A stretch of 40,903 bases of DNA from a virus. Shown here in pieces: positions 32,616 to 40,813 of this stretch. The notes below the pieces were generated by a model. That model saw nothing but the letters and a program-made list of their open reading frames with translations, was not told the origin of the DNA and made no database searches. Every line of letters starts with the position of its first letter. The stretch's first letter is position 1. The position numbers and the translations under genes were made by a program. The DNA lies in the IMG/VR virus record IMGVR_UViG_3300001202_000008, positions 1 to 40,903 of that record; one strand, 5' to 3'.

Positions 32616-32645
32616 AAAAAAGGGTGAAGCCTTAAGCCTCACCCC
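32616..32645 (-). terminator. Rho-independent terminator after the major capsid gene
   Basis: Minus strand GGGTGAGGC-TTAAG-GCTTCACCC (9 bp with one G-U), then TTTTTTATT. Confidence 0.75.
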
Positions 32646-32677
32646 TCGTTAACCGAATGGCTATGTTTTGTCGAGAC

Positions 32678-33994
32678 TTACGCGAACGTGAAGTTCCCTT
32701 TGATGAACGCCTCGGGGCGATAAACCGCGAGAGCCACACGCATCTCGGCCAAGATCGTGACAATGTTTTTCTCAAAATTGTCTTTGTTCTCGGTCGATGC
32801 CGCGATCATTGTTTGCATACGATCAAACAATTGAGCGCCTTGACGGAATGCACCAGTCAAGAACGTGTTAACGGCTTGAGCTTGCGTCGGCACGATCGAG
32901 CGGCCCCATAGGGTCGGCGATGTAGTGCCTTGAGGATTGCCGATGATGTAACGACCATCAGTATCTTTGAGCAACTCAATGTTGGCCCAATCAACCGGGT
33001 TTAAGATCGCCGCATCAACTGAATACTCAGCAAGAGCCGCTTGTAAGAACGCTAACCGTAAACGGTCAATTTGCGTCTCACCTGCCACGCTCGCACCTGT
33101 AGGCGCGGCATAAGTTGTGGCTTGCGTCATGATGCCGTTGATGTTTGAGCCCGTGCCGTCACCGTTCAAGATTTGGTTTTCGAGAACATACTCGAGGCCA
33201 TAACCTAAACGCTGATTAATCATTGAGCGCAACGCCGGGACATCTTGCAAGATTTCCATTGAGGCGTGCATCAGGTGAGCGACCTTTTTGACCTTGGCGT
33301 CAACAAGCTCTGACTTGATCGAGCTCTCGGGCTTTTGAGCCATCTCATCGACAATCGCGGCGTTGTTTGTGAAGCCCGTCTCTTGAACAAACTCGATCAA
33401 GTTGCTGTCAGTTTGCCCCGGCGCTAAAAGCTCACGGATAAACAAGCGGCGCTGTGGCAATGTAGCCATCGGCGACACGACACGATGAGGGCGAATGTGC
33501 GCACCCATAGAGCCATCGGCATCGGTTGTCAGTGATGAGATCGTTTTAACCTCATGACCGATCGCCATGCCTTTTTGCATTGTGCCACCGTTCAACTCTT
33601 TAAAGCCTTTCGACTCGATGAATTGATCGCCCGCCGTTTTGATTTCCTCGGCCATGCCACCGCCAGCGACGAGCTTTTGTTCGAGAGCCTTGAAAGCCGT
33701 GTCGAGTTCACCCATCTTGGTCAAGGCTTTGTCAGCGTCACCTTTTGCCGTCTCTGACAAAGTTTCGCCCGCCTTAGCTTTACCAAGTGCCTCATCAGCA
33801 ATCGCCTTTACGGCACCGACTGCATCATCAAGCATTTTCTTAACCTCAAGAGCGGCCTGCTCTGTCGATTTTGTTTCGGGCTTAGGAGCTGTGTCGCCAT
33901 CTGCATCTTTAGTTAAGAGAGCTGTTGTGCTCCCCGCTGTATGTAGTGCCATTGCACTTGCGCCGATAAGCGCGGTTTTAAGTCCCTGTTTCAT
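32678..33994 (-). CDS. Major capsid protein, HK97 fold
   Basis: LIEFVQETGFTNNAAIVDEMAQKPES, LNGDGTGSNINGI, ILNPVDWANIELLKDTDGRYI, NKDNFEKNIVTILAEMRVALAVYRPEAF. Close to HK97 gp5 motifs. Confidence 0.95.
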   Translation of the reverse strand: MKQGLKTALIGASAMALHTAGSTTALLTKDADGDTAPKPETKSTEQAALEVKKMLDDAVGAVKAIADEALGKAKAGETLSETAKGDADKALTKMGELDTAFKALEQKLVAGGGMAEEIKTAGDQFIESKGFKELNGGTMQKGMAIGHEVKTISSLTTDADGSMGAHIRPHRVVSPMATLPQRRLFIRELLAPGQTDSNLIEFVQETGFTNNAAIVDEMAQKPESSIKSELVDAKVKKVAHLMHASMEILQDVPALRSMINQRLGYGLEYVLENQILNGDGTGSNINGIMTQATTYAAPTGASVAGETQIDRLRLAFLQAALAEYSVDAAILNPVDWANIELLKDTDGRYIIGNPQGTTSPTLWGRSIVPTQAQAVNTFLTGAFRQGAQLFDRMQTMIAASTENKDNFEKNIVTILAEMRVALAVYRPEAFIKGNFTFA

Positions 33995-34019
33995 TGGGGA
34001 GTCTCCAAAAGTTATGAGC

Positions 34020-34796
34020 TTATTTGCTCGTTGGTTTTAGGGCGTTCTTTAAGATTGAGTAAAACTCGCCCGTGCTTTCGGTGCCTGACTCCCTCAGACC
34101 ATCCTTACCAAGATTGTTCACCTTGACGGCGATCATTGCTTGGCTTTTGGAAAGGCCAAACTCATCTTGCATGAGCTTCTCCCATTCCCTTGTCGTCAAA
34201 GGTTCCCCCTTTGACAAACGATCTCGAATTTCCTCGAGGTCGGCTTTAACGTCGCCGACTCGGGCCTCGATATTCATTGGCATAGTCACAAGACTAATCT
34301 CGCGCAAGTCAATTTGCTTGAGGCGAGTGACCCTCTCATCGGCATCATACTCATATGTGCCCGGCAACATGCGATAGCCAATTGACATGCCGCCAAGAGC
34401 CCCGGCCTTTAAATGCTCATAAGCTCGCTTCTCGAGAGCGCCCGCCGCGAGATTGATCTTGCCATGCACCTTGAGGCCGTTCTCATCCTCAACGATCGAC
34501 TTGTAAACACCGATCGGCTCACGTTGATCGTGTTGCCATAACATCGGAATGAGGCGTTTTTCTTTCTTGATCTTGCGCAATGACTTTTTGAAAGCCCCGC
34601 GCACAACGATGTCACCGCCTTGATCGACATTACCGAATGTTGAGGCGTAACCTTCAAACTCACCCTCGACCTCGAGCATCTTGACCGACATCACCGCGTC
34701 AAATGTTTTGTTCTTTGCATCGATGCCGTTTTGGGCACCGAGCTCTTTTGTGAGCAACCCGCCAAGGTGCTCATCGGTTGTTAGCAGTTCCCTCAT
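34020..34796 (-). CDS. Prohead protease (HK97 family, S78/U35)
   Basis: FEGYASTFGNVDQGGDIV, PMLWQHD (His), GGMSIGY (Ser). The C-terminal part is scaffold-like. Confidence 0.9.
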   Translation of the reverse strand: MRELLTTDEHLGGLLTKELGAQNGIDAKNKTFDAVMSVKMLEVEGEFEGYASTFGNVDQGGDIVVRGAFKKSLRKIKKEKRLIPMLWQHDQREPIGVYKSIVEDENGLKVHGKINLAAGALEKRAYEHLKAGALGGMSIGYRMLPGTYEYDADERVTRLKQIDLREISLVTMPMNIEARVGDVKADLEEIRDRLSKGEPLTTREWEKLMQDEFGLSKSQAMIAVKVNNLGKDGLRESGTESTGEFYSILKNALKPTSK

Positions 34797-36043
34797 GATT
34801 GATCTCCTTTAGGGTCTTTGCCCGCATCAATTAGCGGTACGTTTTGCATTTGCGTTCTCGGGACATCGCCGCCCGGTACGGGTGGCAATCCTTCATGCGC
34901 TCTCACCTCGTTAACCGTGAGCCATCCATCTTTAAGGCCAGCGCCATAGAAAGTTGATCTCTCTTTAGGCACGCCTCTCAATAAAGCCTCGAGGTTGTGA
35001 CGAATTTTTAAACCTTGCGATCTCTCAACTGGCGTCAACAATTGTTTCTCAAGAGCTTGCTCAACACGCTTGTAACGTGGCCGCAAGGTGTATTTTTGAA
35101 AGCCGTGCGTTTGCTCGGTTAGCGTCTTGGCGATCGCCGCGCCCGCCGTGTAGCCGATCATATGTGGCGGCGTGCCAAAGATTAAGCAAATTTCCTCAAC
35201 CGTAAAGCGACGACTCTCGAGCATTTGACTATCGGCACCACTCATTGAGAGCTGTTGCCATGTGAGTTTATTGTCGAGGAGCATTGGGCGGTTGTGGTTC
35301 ATCGCGCCGACAAACTTCTCTTGCAATAATTTCTCTAACTTCTCACGCTCTTTTTTATCGAGCGGCAAATCGGTCGATAGTAAACCCGATGGCCGGGCCC
35401 CGTTTGAGAACATCGTCTCAACTGATTTATTTGTGGCTTGAGCCAAACCAAAGATCGATCGACACGCCTCGAGAGTTGACATGCCTCTCGCGCCGTCTGA
35501 GCCAAGCCTCGTGCGTATATGCACAACATTCTCGGCGGGCTCATCTCTTTGCTCGTGAGTGATCGGGTCAACCCAACTATAGCGCGTCTTGCCGCCCGTG
35601 TGCTTTCTACGGATTGACATATTACCCGGATTGATTGGATTGAGGGCAATCACATCACCTCTCACACCGCGCTTTTTTTCAGCATACGAGTTGCCGTTAA
35701 GCTCGAGAGCCCCTTGGGTAAACTCCCAATATTCTAGCGGCGTGTAGTCTGCATGTGGTGACGTGCTCAACAATGATGAAATACTATGGCCCGTCTCAAG
35801 CCTTTTTGTTTTGCCGTCTTGACGATACAATGCGAGGGGTGTGCTCCCAACCGTGCTCGCTAAAAGATTGACGCAAGCCCAAGTTGCCGCGACGCCCTGA
35901 GCGCTTTTACCGTCAACCCTTTGCCCGGCAATCCGTTGTGGTGCCATGTGAGCATCATATGCAAAGTTGTCGCCAGTGAGATCGATCGGAATCCGCGTGA
36001 CCCGCGCAACCGCCTTTTGCAGTAGGTTCATTTTCTTTTTCAT
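34793..36043 (-). CDS. Portal protein (HK97 family)
   Basis: 416 aa between TerL and the protease, with 4-nt overlaps on both sides. Confidence 0.9.
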   Translation of the reverse strand: MKKKMNLLQKAVARVTRIPIDLTGDNFAYDAHMAPQRIAGQRVDGKSAQGVAATWACVNLLASTVGSTPLALYRQDGKTKRLETGHSISSLLSTSPHADYTPLEYWEFTQGALELNGNSYAEKKRGVRGDVIALNPINPGNMSIRRKHTGGKTRYSWVDPITHEQRDEPAENVVHIRTRLGSDGARGMSTLEACRSIFGLAQATNKSVETMFSNGARPSGLLSTDLPLDKKEREKLEKLLQEKFVGAMNHNRPMLLDNKLTWQQLSMSGADSQMLESRRFTVEEICLIFGTPPHMIGYTAGAAIAKTLTEQTHGFQKYTLRPRYKRVEQALEKQLLTPVERSQGLKIRHNLEALLRGVPKERSTFYGAGLKDGWLTVNEVRAHEGLPPVPGGDVPRTQMQNVPLIDAGKDPKGDQS

Positions 36044-37938
36044 GAGGATGACTCCAAGCTCTCAATCCAATTGCTTACGCTGATTTTGATGGTGTCCTCT
36101 AATGCGATAGCCGCTCCGACCGCCATTGCCAAGGCTATCGCGCAATCTATTTTATTCGCCGAATTGTCTTTGGTGAGCCAATAGTTGCCCCACCTATCCT
36201 CATCAGTGACCGCCGACATCATCGCCGAGATCACGCATTTGTTTGAATAGATGCGGATTCGGCGCTCGAGTAAGAGCTCCTCGAGTTGCCTGATACTCGC
36301 GGGCATCCATAGACCCTCGGCGTCGCGGCGCTGCGCTTTTGCGGCAAGCTTCATTGCCTCAGTGGGCTTGCCTTTCTTGGTGCCGCCCTGAGGGTGCTCA
36401 ACACACTCAACGCTCAACCCAAGCTCATTGAGCTCGGGCTCGAGACCTCGCTTGAACGCATATCGATCATAGGCCAACGCCTTGACATCAAACTCGTGAC
36501 AATCCTCGGCGATCGATTGAGCTACATGTCGATAAGAGATGTTTTCACCCTGAGGCGCATTGAGATCGCCCTCGAGCACCCATAGTCGATAGGGTTGCTT
36601 GTCTCGTATCTCTCGAGCGTCAAGAGTGTCGCCGGGCGTCCATGCCTCAACCCAAGCATCAAACAACGGCTTGCCTTTGTGCTCACCATCCTCAACGACG
36701 CCGCGCTTTGCGACCGTGGCCTTTGCGGTGATGTCTCGGTTTTGAGACAAGTCGAGGCCGAGATAAACTGGCTTGCCGAGATGTTGATCGATGTCAAATT
36801 CACATATCGCGGGCTCGAGGAGAGCGCGGGTCATCCATGCCGTCGCCGCATCAGTCCAAACGCAAAAGTGCAATCTCAAGATCAAATTCAGTTTGCTCGG
36901 CATCGCCTTGGCCTTGTCAACTTGGTCTTGCAAGTAATCCTCTTTGATCGTCACGCCGAGGAGAGGGTTTGCTTTCGGCCAACATGTCGGGTCATTCAGA
37001 GGGTCATCGCCCGGGTCGAGTGCGCAGACATACGAGAAAACACCATCAGAACCTTTGACCGCATCAGGGTCGCCGACATAAGCCGGGTCATCATCTCTCG
37101 CGTGCTCATTTCCCGCCGCGACCTTGATCGCGTTCTCATGCTCGTGCCAACAAATCGAGTTACGATCTGAGCCCGAGTTTGTTATCATGATCTCGAGCGG
37201 TTGACGGCGACCCTTAAAACCTTGCCCCAAGATGTCCAAGATCGATCGGTCGCGCATCTCATGAACCTCATCAGCGAGAACATAGTGAGGGCGCGGGCCT
37301 GAGCCACTCTTGCCGATCTCACGAGACACCGGGCGAAAGAAAGCGCCAGTTCTCAGGATGGCGAGATTGTATTCTTTCATCGGGCCACCCGAGATCGTCA
37401 CCCTCGATCGCAACTCGGCATTTGCCTTGCGCACCATCTTGACCGCATCTTGAAACAATATCTGAGCTTGATCTTTCTTTGACGCCGCCGCGTATATCTG
37501 AGCACCGGGCTCGCCATCGGCCATCAACCCATAAAGACCAACGCCACCAATCATCGGCGACTTGCCGTTTCCTTTGCCCATCTCGATATATGCCCGCTTG
37601 AAACGACGCCGCCCGTCTTTTTGTTTCCACCCATAGAGTGAGCCGATGATAAACTTTTGAGACGGCTCGAGATCGAATGGCCGACCCTCATGCTCACCCT
37701 CACTGAGCCTTAGTTGCTCGGTGAAAAACTCAAAGACGTGCTCGGCGTGCTCATCATCGAAATAGATGCCGCGCTCATGGCCGTTCTCGAGATCGTCAAG
37801 GTGCCTTTGGCATGAGTTCCTAACATGGGGCCCGGCGACAATCTTGCCCGCAACGACATCCAGTGCGTATTGCGTGACCGCGCTAGGCGTCAAAGTGTTT
37901 GTGTTTTTTCGAGCCATCGGCCTCTTTACCTTTGTCAC
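36040..37938 (-). CDS. Terminase large subunit
   Basis: Walker A MGKGNGKSPM, Walker B HYVLADEVHE, and a C-terminal RNaseH-like nuclease region. Confidence 0.95.
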   Translation of the reverse strand: MTKVKRPMARKNTNTLTPSAVTQYALDVVAGKIVAGPHVRNSCQRHLDDLENGHERGIYFDDEHAEHVFEFFTEQLRLSEGEHEGRPFDLEPSQKFIIGSLYGWKQKDGRRRFKRAYIEMGKGNGKSPMIGGVGLYGLMADGEPGAQIYAAASKKDQAQILFQDAVKMVRKANAELRSRVTISGGPMKEYNLAILRTGAFFRPVSREIGKSGSGPRPHYVLADEVHEMRDRSILDILGQGFKGRRQPLEIMITNSGSDRNSICWHEHENAIKVAAGNEHARDDDPAYVGDPDAVKGSDGVFSYVCALDPGDDPLNDPTCWPKANPLLGVTIKEDYLQDQVDKAKAMPSKLNLILRLHFCVWTDAATAWMTRALLEPAICEFDIDQHLGKPVYLGLDLSQNRDITAKATVAKRGVVEDGEHKGKPLFDAWVEAWTPGDTLDAREIRDKQPYRLWVLEGDLNAPQGENISYRHVAQSIAEDCHEFDVKALAYDRYAFKRGLEPELNELGLSVECVEHPQGGTKKGKPTEAMKLAAKAQRRDAEGLWMPASIRQLEELLLERRIRIYSNKCVISAMMSAVTDEDRWGNYWLTKDNSANKIDCAIALAMAVGAAIALEDTIKISVSNWIESLESSS

Positions 37939-38308
37939 CCGGAGTCGGTGGCGTTGCGCCCCACCCTAACGCCGCCGCGATCTTGCCCTCATCCGATGGT
38001 GTCGCACCTATCTTGCTCAATATTGATTGAAAAGAATTGATGTCAGTAGCCCTTAACGGCAAGCCTTGGAACATTTGACCGCGAAAATGGCAGGCTATTT
38101 CCATCAATGCGCGGTGACTTTCTTTTAGCCACGGCACCTCTCTCTTGAATTGCACCCATGCGGCCTTGCTAAACTCATCCAGAAAGTCACTCGGCTCGCC
38201 CAACATGTCGCCGATCACACTCGGGGTCGATCGATGACGGCTTGGATTTTTGACCGCCGCGCCCGTGATTTCAGCTTTTGCCCGAGGCTGTTTTGGCCGT
38301 CCTGCCAT
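37883..38308 (-). CDS. Terminase small subunit (P27 family-like)
   Basis: PSDFLDEFSKAAWVQFKREVPWLKESHRALMEIACH pattern, upstream of and overlapping TerL. Confidence 0.7.
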   Translation of the reverse strand: MAGRPKQPRAKAEITGAAVKNPSRHRSTPSVIGDMLGEPSDFLDEFSKAAWVQFKREVPWLKESHRALMEIACHFRGQMFQGLPLRATDINSFQSILSKIGATPSDEGKIAAALGWGATPPTPGDKGKEADGSKKHKHFDA

Positions 38309-38858
38309 TGTTTAAACACCTTTGCTCTGAGACCGTGTTGAGGACACCAACGAAAAATCTCGAATTTCGTGGATGCGAAAGAAAAGGTTCCCCTCCGGTC
38401 TTTGTCGTGTCCTCTCTAAGTTTTTACCCTCCCCCCCGTCAAGTATAAGCCTGTATGTGCTCTCTGTGAGCGATGTGAGGGCTTTTCTCGTATATAGGTG
38501 AGACCCTCCTCATGGGGGCCGTCGTGTGTCTGTGTGCCTATATGTGACCATGTTCCTGATGTCGGGCAAATGGTGTCGATCGCTTGCTTTGCCCTTACCT
38601 CTTTGTCATCACCGTCTCATGTTCCGATACGTTCATATGCAGTACGAGAATGATTGTGTGATCGCATCCGTCGCGATGGTCACGGGCCTATACTATGGCA
38701 CCGTGGGCACATGCCGATGAGCATATGCTCGACCTCTATGCCCTTGGGGTTGTTGTGCCTACCCGTGAGTGATGGTTGTTGGCTCTCTTGCCGCTAAAGA
38801 GCGGGCCGCTATTCTCACCGATGAAAAGCCGTGCACGACATCATCATCAACCGATAGC
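38309..38858. other. 550-bp region without a convincing gene; candidate cos/late-control region
   Basis: The largest non-coding stretch, directly upstream of TerS. It contains a pyrimidine run CCCTCCCCCCC (38430-38440) and short inverted elements (GAGGACAC 38341 / GTGTCCTC 38408). Track ORFs here are short and frame-broken. Confidence 0.4.
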
Positions 38859-39305
38859 TTAGCACTGACCGCGATTGCAATAGCTACTCAATGCCAAGAG
38901 CAAGGCTCTATTAACCATCGTATTCTGGCAAGTCAACACAGTTTGCCCCGCGAGGTCCACCGTCCAAAACAATATGGCAAAGAAAAACGCCCAAGCCTTT
39001 ACGCCACTGAGCCCTCGAGCCACCAAGCACCGTCTAAACTCTGATGATGCGAAAGCTTTGTCGAATCCATCCTCAAGCAAGAGATCATGCACGGTGGCGG
39101 CGGCGAGTAGGTCGGTGCTATGCACATCAATGAGCCACTCAAGCCATCGCGGGGCCGAGACATCAACCTCAAAGCCCACGGGCACGATGAGCGTCCAATG
39201 ACTGTGCTTGCGCCCTATATCCCACGAGAGAGGCTTGGTGAGCTTATATAGCCGCCTTGTGCCCCAAATATGCTTGAATGATGTGAAAGATGTGAATGTC
39301 ATCAC
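38859..39305 (-). CDS. DUF1353-family protein
   Basis: LIVPVGFEVDVSAPRW......AATVHDLLLEDG...SEFRRCLVARGL. Confidence 0.7.
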   Translation of the reverse strand: MMTFTSFTSFKHIWGTRRLYKLTKPLSWDIGRKHSHWTLIVPVGFEVDVSAPRWLEWLIDVHSTDLLAAATVHDLLLEDGFDKAFASSEFRRCLVARGLSGVKAWAFFFAILFWTVDLAGQTVLTCQNTMVNRALLLALSSYCNRGQC

Positions 39306-39313
39306 GGTACCTC

Positions 39314-39503
39314 GTAGCGATATATGACTACTATGCCGGATTGGCAGTCAATAGCAACTACTGGGCCCCGCAGTCATAGCCGCCTACCAAGTACCGAGCC
39401 TCATGATATCCCGTAGTTGTTGCCGACTGCTATCGATCGTCAAAGCTGCTAGGGCAGTCACATATAGCTATTACGGCCGGAATTGGCAGTTAATCACGGC
39501 TAC
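39314..39503. repeat. Dyad-motif array B: six GYAG-N10-CTRC units
   Basis: GTAGCGATATATGACTAC (39314), GCAGTCAATAGCAACTAC (39344), GCAGTCATAGCCGCCTAC (39370), GTAGTTGTTGCCGACTGC (39413), GCAGTCACATATAGCTAT (39454, degenerate) and GCAGTTAATCACGGCTAC (39486). Confidence 0.85.
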
Positions 39504-40170
39504 CCTTCAGGAGCGCGGCCATGATCGCCAGTCTTTCGCCCTTGGTGCATTTATGATAGTTTGACGCCCACCTCTCGGCCTTGCGTTTGATCTGTTGTCT
39601 CTCGGCCTTATTGTTGCCCGCGTACTTGTGCCAATAAGGCTCGCATTCATCATAGCTCAACCAAAGGCTTTCGGTCACAACGCCGCTATGCGTCATCGTT
39701 TGGTAGTCTATGCGCCGCCATCCCTCGAGGAGATCATCATAAAGCTTTGATCTATAGCCGCTCAACATCACGCTCACACCGCCATCGGCCAACCGCTTGA
39801 GCTCCTCGATCAACAAGACATGCTCATCATCGTTCATCTCATATTCACCATACTCACCACCACCCTTGCGGGTCTCGGCCACATATGGCGGGTCGGCATA
39901 GATGAGCGTGCGTGGCGACGGGTGCCGCATCTCGCTTGCCATAAAGGCAAATGCGCAATCATTGATAATCTCAGCCCCTTCAGGGTAGTCACATTTGACT
40001 ATGGTTTCCTGATTTTTCTCTATGCCTATCTGATGCGATGATGGTGGCTTGTAATTCAGGATGACGCCCGAGCCGAGGAATAGCTCAATATACGTGTCGT
40101 GAGGTGGCATGAGAGAGATTATGCGCTCTTTGACGCCCGCGCCCGCTTTACTTCCAAAATATCCACTCAT
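39490..40170 (-). CDS. Dam-like (D12 class, alpha) N6-adenine DNA methyltransferase
   Basis: YFGSKAG...LMPPHDTYIELFLGSGV (motif I) comes before LIYADPPYV (motif IV). Confidence 0.85.
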   Translation of the reverse strand: MSGYFGSKAGAGVKERIISLMPPHDTYIELFLGSGVILNYKPPSSHQIGIEKNQETIVKCDYPEGAEIINDCAFAFMASEMRHPSPRTLIYADPPYVAETRKGGGEYGEYEMNDDEHVLLIEELKRLADGGVSVMLSGYRSKLYDDLLEGWRRIDYQTMTHSGVVTESLWLSYDECEPYWHKYAGNNKAERQQIKRKAERWASNYHKCTKGERLAIMAALLKGSRD

Positions 40171-40181
40171 TGAGATCCACC

Positions 40182-40225
40182 GTAGTTGTCTATAACTGCG
40201 TGATCTAGTAGCCGTTTATGACTGC
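40182..40225. repeat. Dyad-motif array C: two GYAG-N10-CTRC units
   Basis: GTAGTTGTCTATAACTGC (40182) and GTAGCCGTTTATGACTGC (40208). Confidence 0.75.
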
Positions 40226-40551
40226 GATGTCAACGAGCTCTCTCTAATCATGTGGCTTGCCATCGAGCCATCACCACTCACAAAACCAAGGCTCTCATAG
40301 AAAGCCCTCAATCGATCGGCATCGGTGTCGTCATCAGGGGATAGCAATAGAAACAGATTAAAGCCCTCATCATCCGATCTCTTTAACAAGGCGTTAAGCT
40401 TGGCACGCATAAGACCTTGCCCTCGCATCTTGGGCGGCGTGTAAACGTACATGATCGTGATTACATTCTCGCTTAGCGGCACCATCAAGATCACCGGGCC
40501 ATCTGATATGATGGTAAATTCTGACACATCATCGAGATTAAAGTCCATCAT
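40216..40551 (-). CDS. Small GNAT-family N-acetyltransferase
   Basis: VYTPPKMRGQGLMRAKLNALL (R/Q-x-x-G-x-G/A CoA motif) and FYESLGF. The ATG at 40551 overlaps the upstream stop. Confidence 0.6.
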   Translation of the reverse strand: MMDFNLDDVSEFTIISDGPVILMVPLSENVITIMYVYTPPKMRGQGLMRAKLNALLKRSDDEGFNLFLLLSPDDDTDADRLRAFYESLGFVSGDGSMASHMIRESSLTSQS

Positions 40552-40813
40552 CACCCTCGATCTCTGCGATCTTGATATTTTCGTCAACGTCCATTTTCTT
40601 ATTCTTGCCCGTTTGCCGAATGACCGATTTGCCGAGAGCGGCCCCTAACAAGGTAAAAAGCAATTGCAAGAGTATAGGTAAGCTCGGGCTATCCGGGCGA
40701 ATCCATGACATGACTTGAATGTTCACAATAACGCCAGCGATATTGACACCTAAGACCCATGCCAAAAAAGGTCGCCATGTCCGATTGGCTCTATCTATTC
40801 GATCTTCTGGCAT
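40538..40813 (-). CDS. Membrane protein (2 TM)
   Basis: FLAWVLGVNIAGVIVNI and LPILLQLLFTLLGAAL. Confidence 0.5.
   Translation of the reverse strand: MPEDRIDRANRTWRPFLAWVLGVNIAGVIVNIQVMSWIRPDSPSLPILLQLLFTLLGAALGKSVIRQTGKNKKMDVDENIKIAEIEGDDGL

Noticed and set aside
38428-38441. Calling the C-rich run CCCTCCCCCCCG the cos site
   Set aside because: The location is plausible, but the ends cannot be inferred from sequence alone. It is left as part of the candidate region.
38526-39044. Track ORFs 38526-38720(+) and 38769-39044(+) as intact genes
   Set aside because: The first has a GTG start with no SD, and only its last 27 codons look protein-like. The second overlaps the well-supported DUF1353 gene on the other strand. 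They are treated as possible remnants only.
39314-39503. Could the repeated units be a CRISPR array?
   Set aside because: The conserved parts are only the outer 4-6 nt of 18-bp dyads with variable centres. Spacing is irregular (26-43 bp), there are no repeat-spacer units of uniform length, and there are no cas genes.
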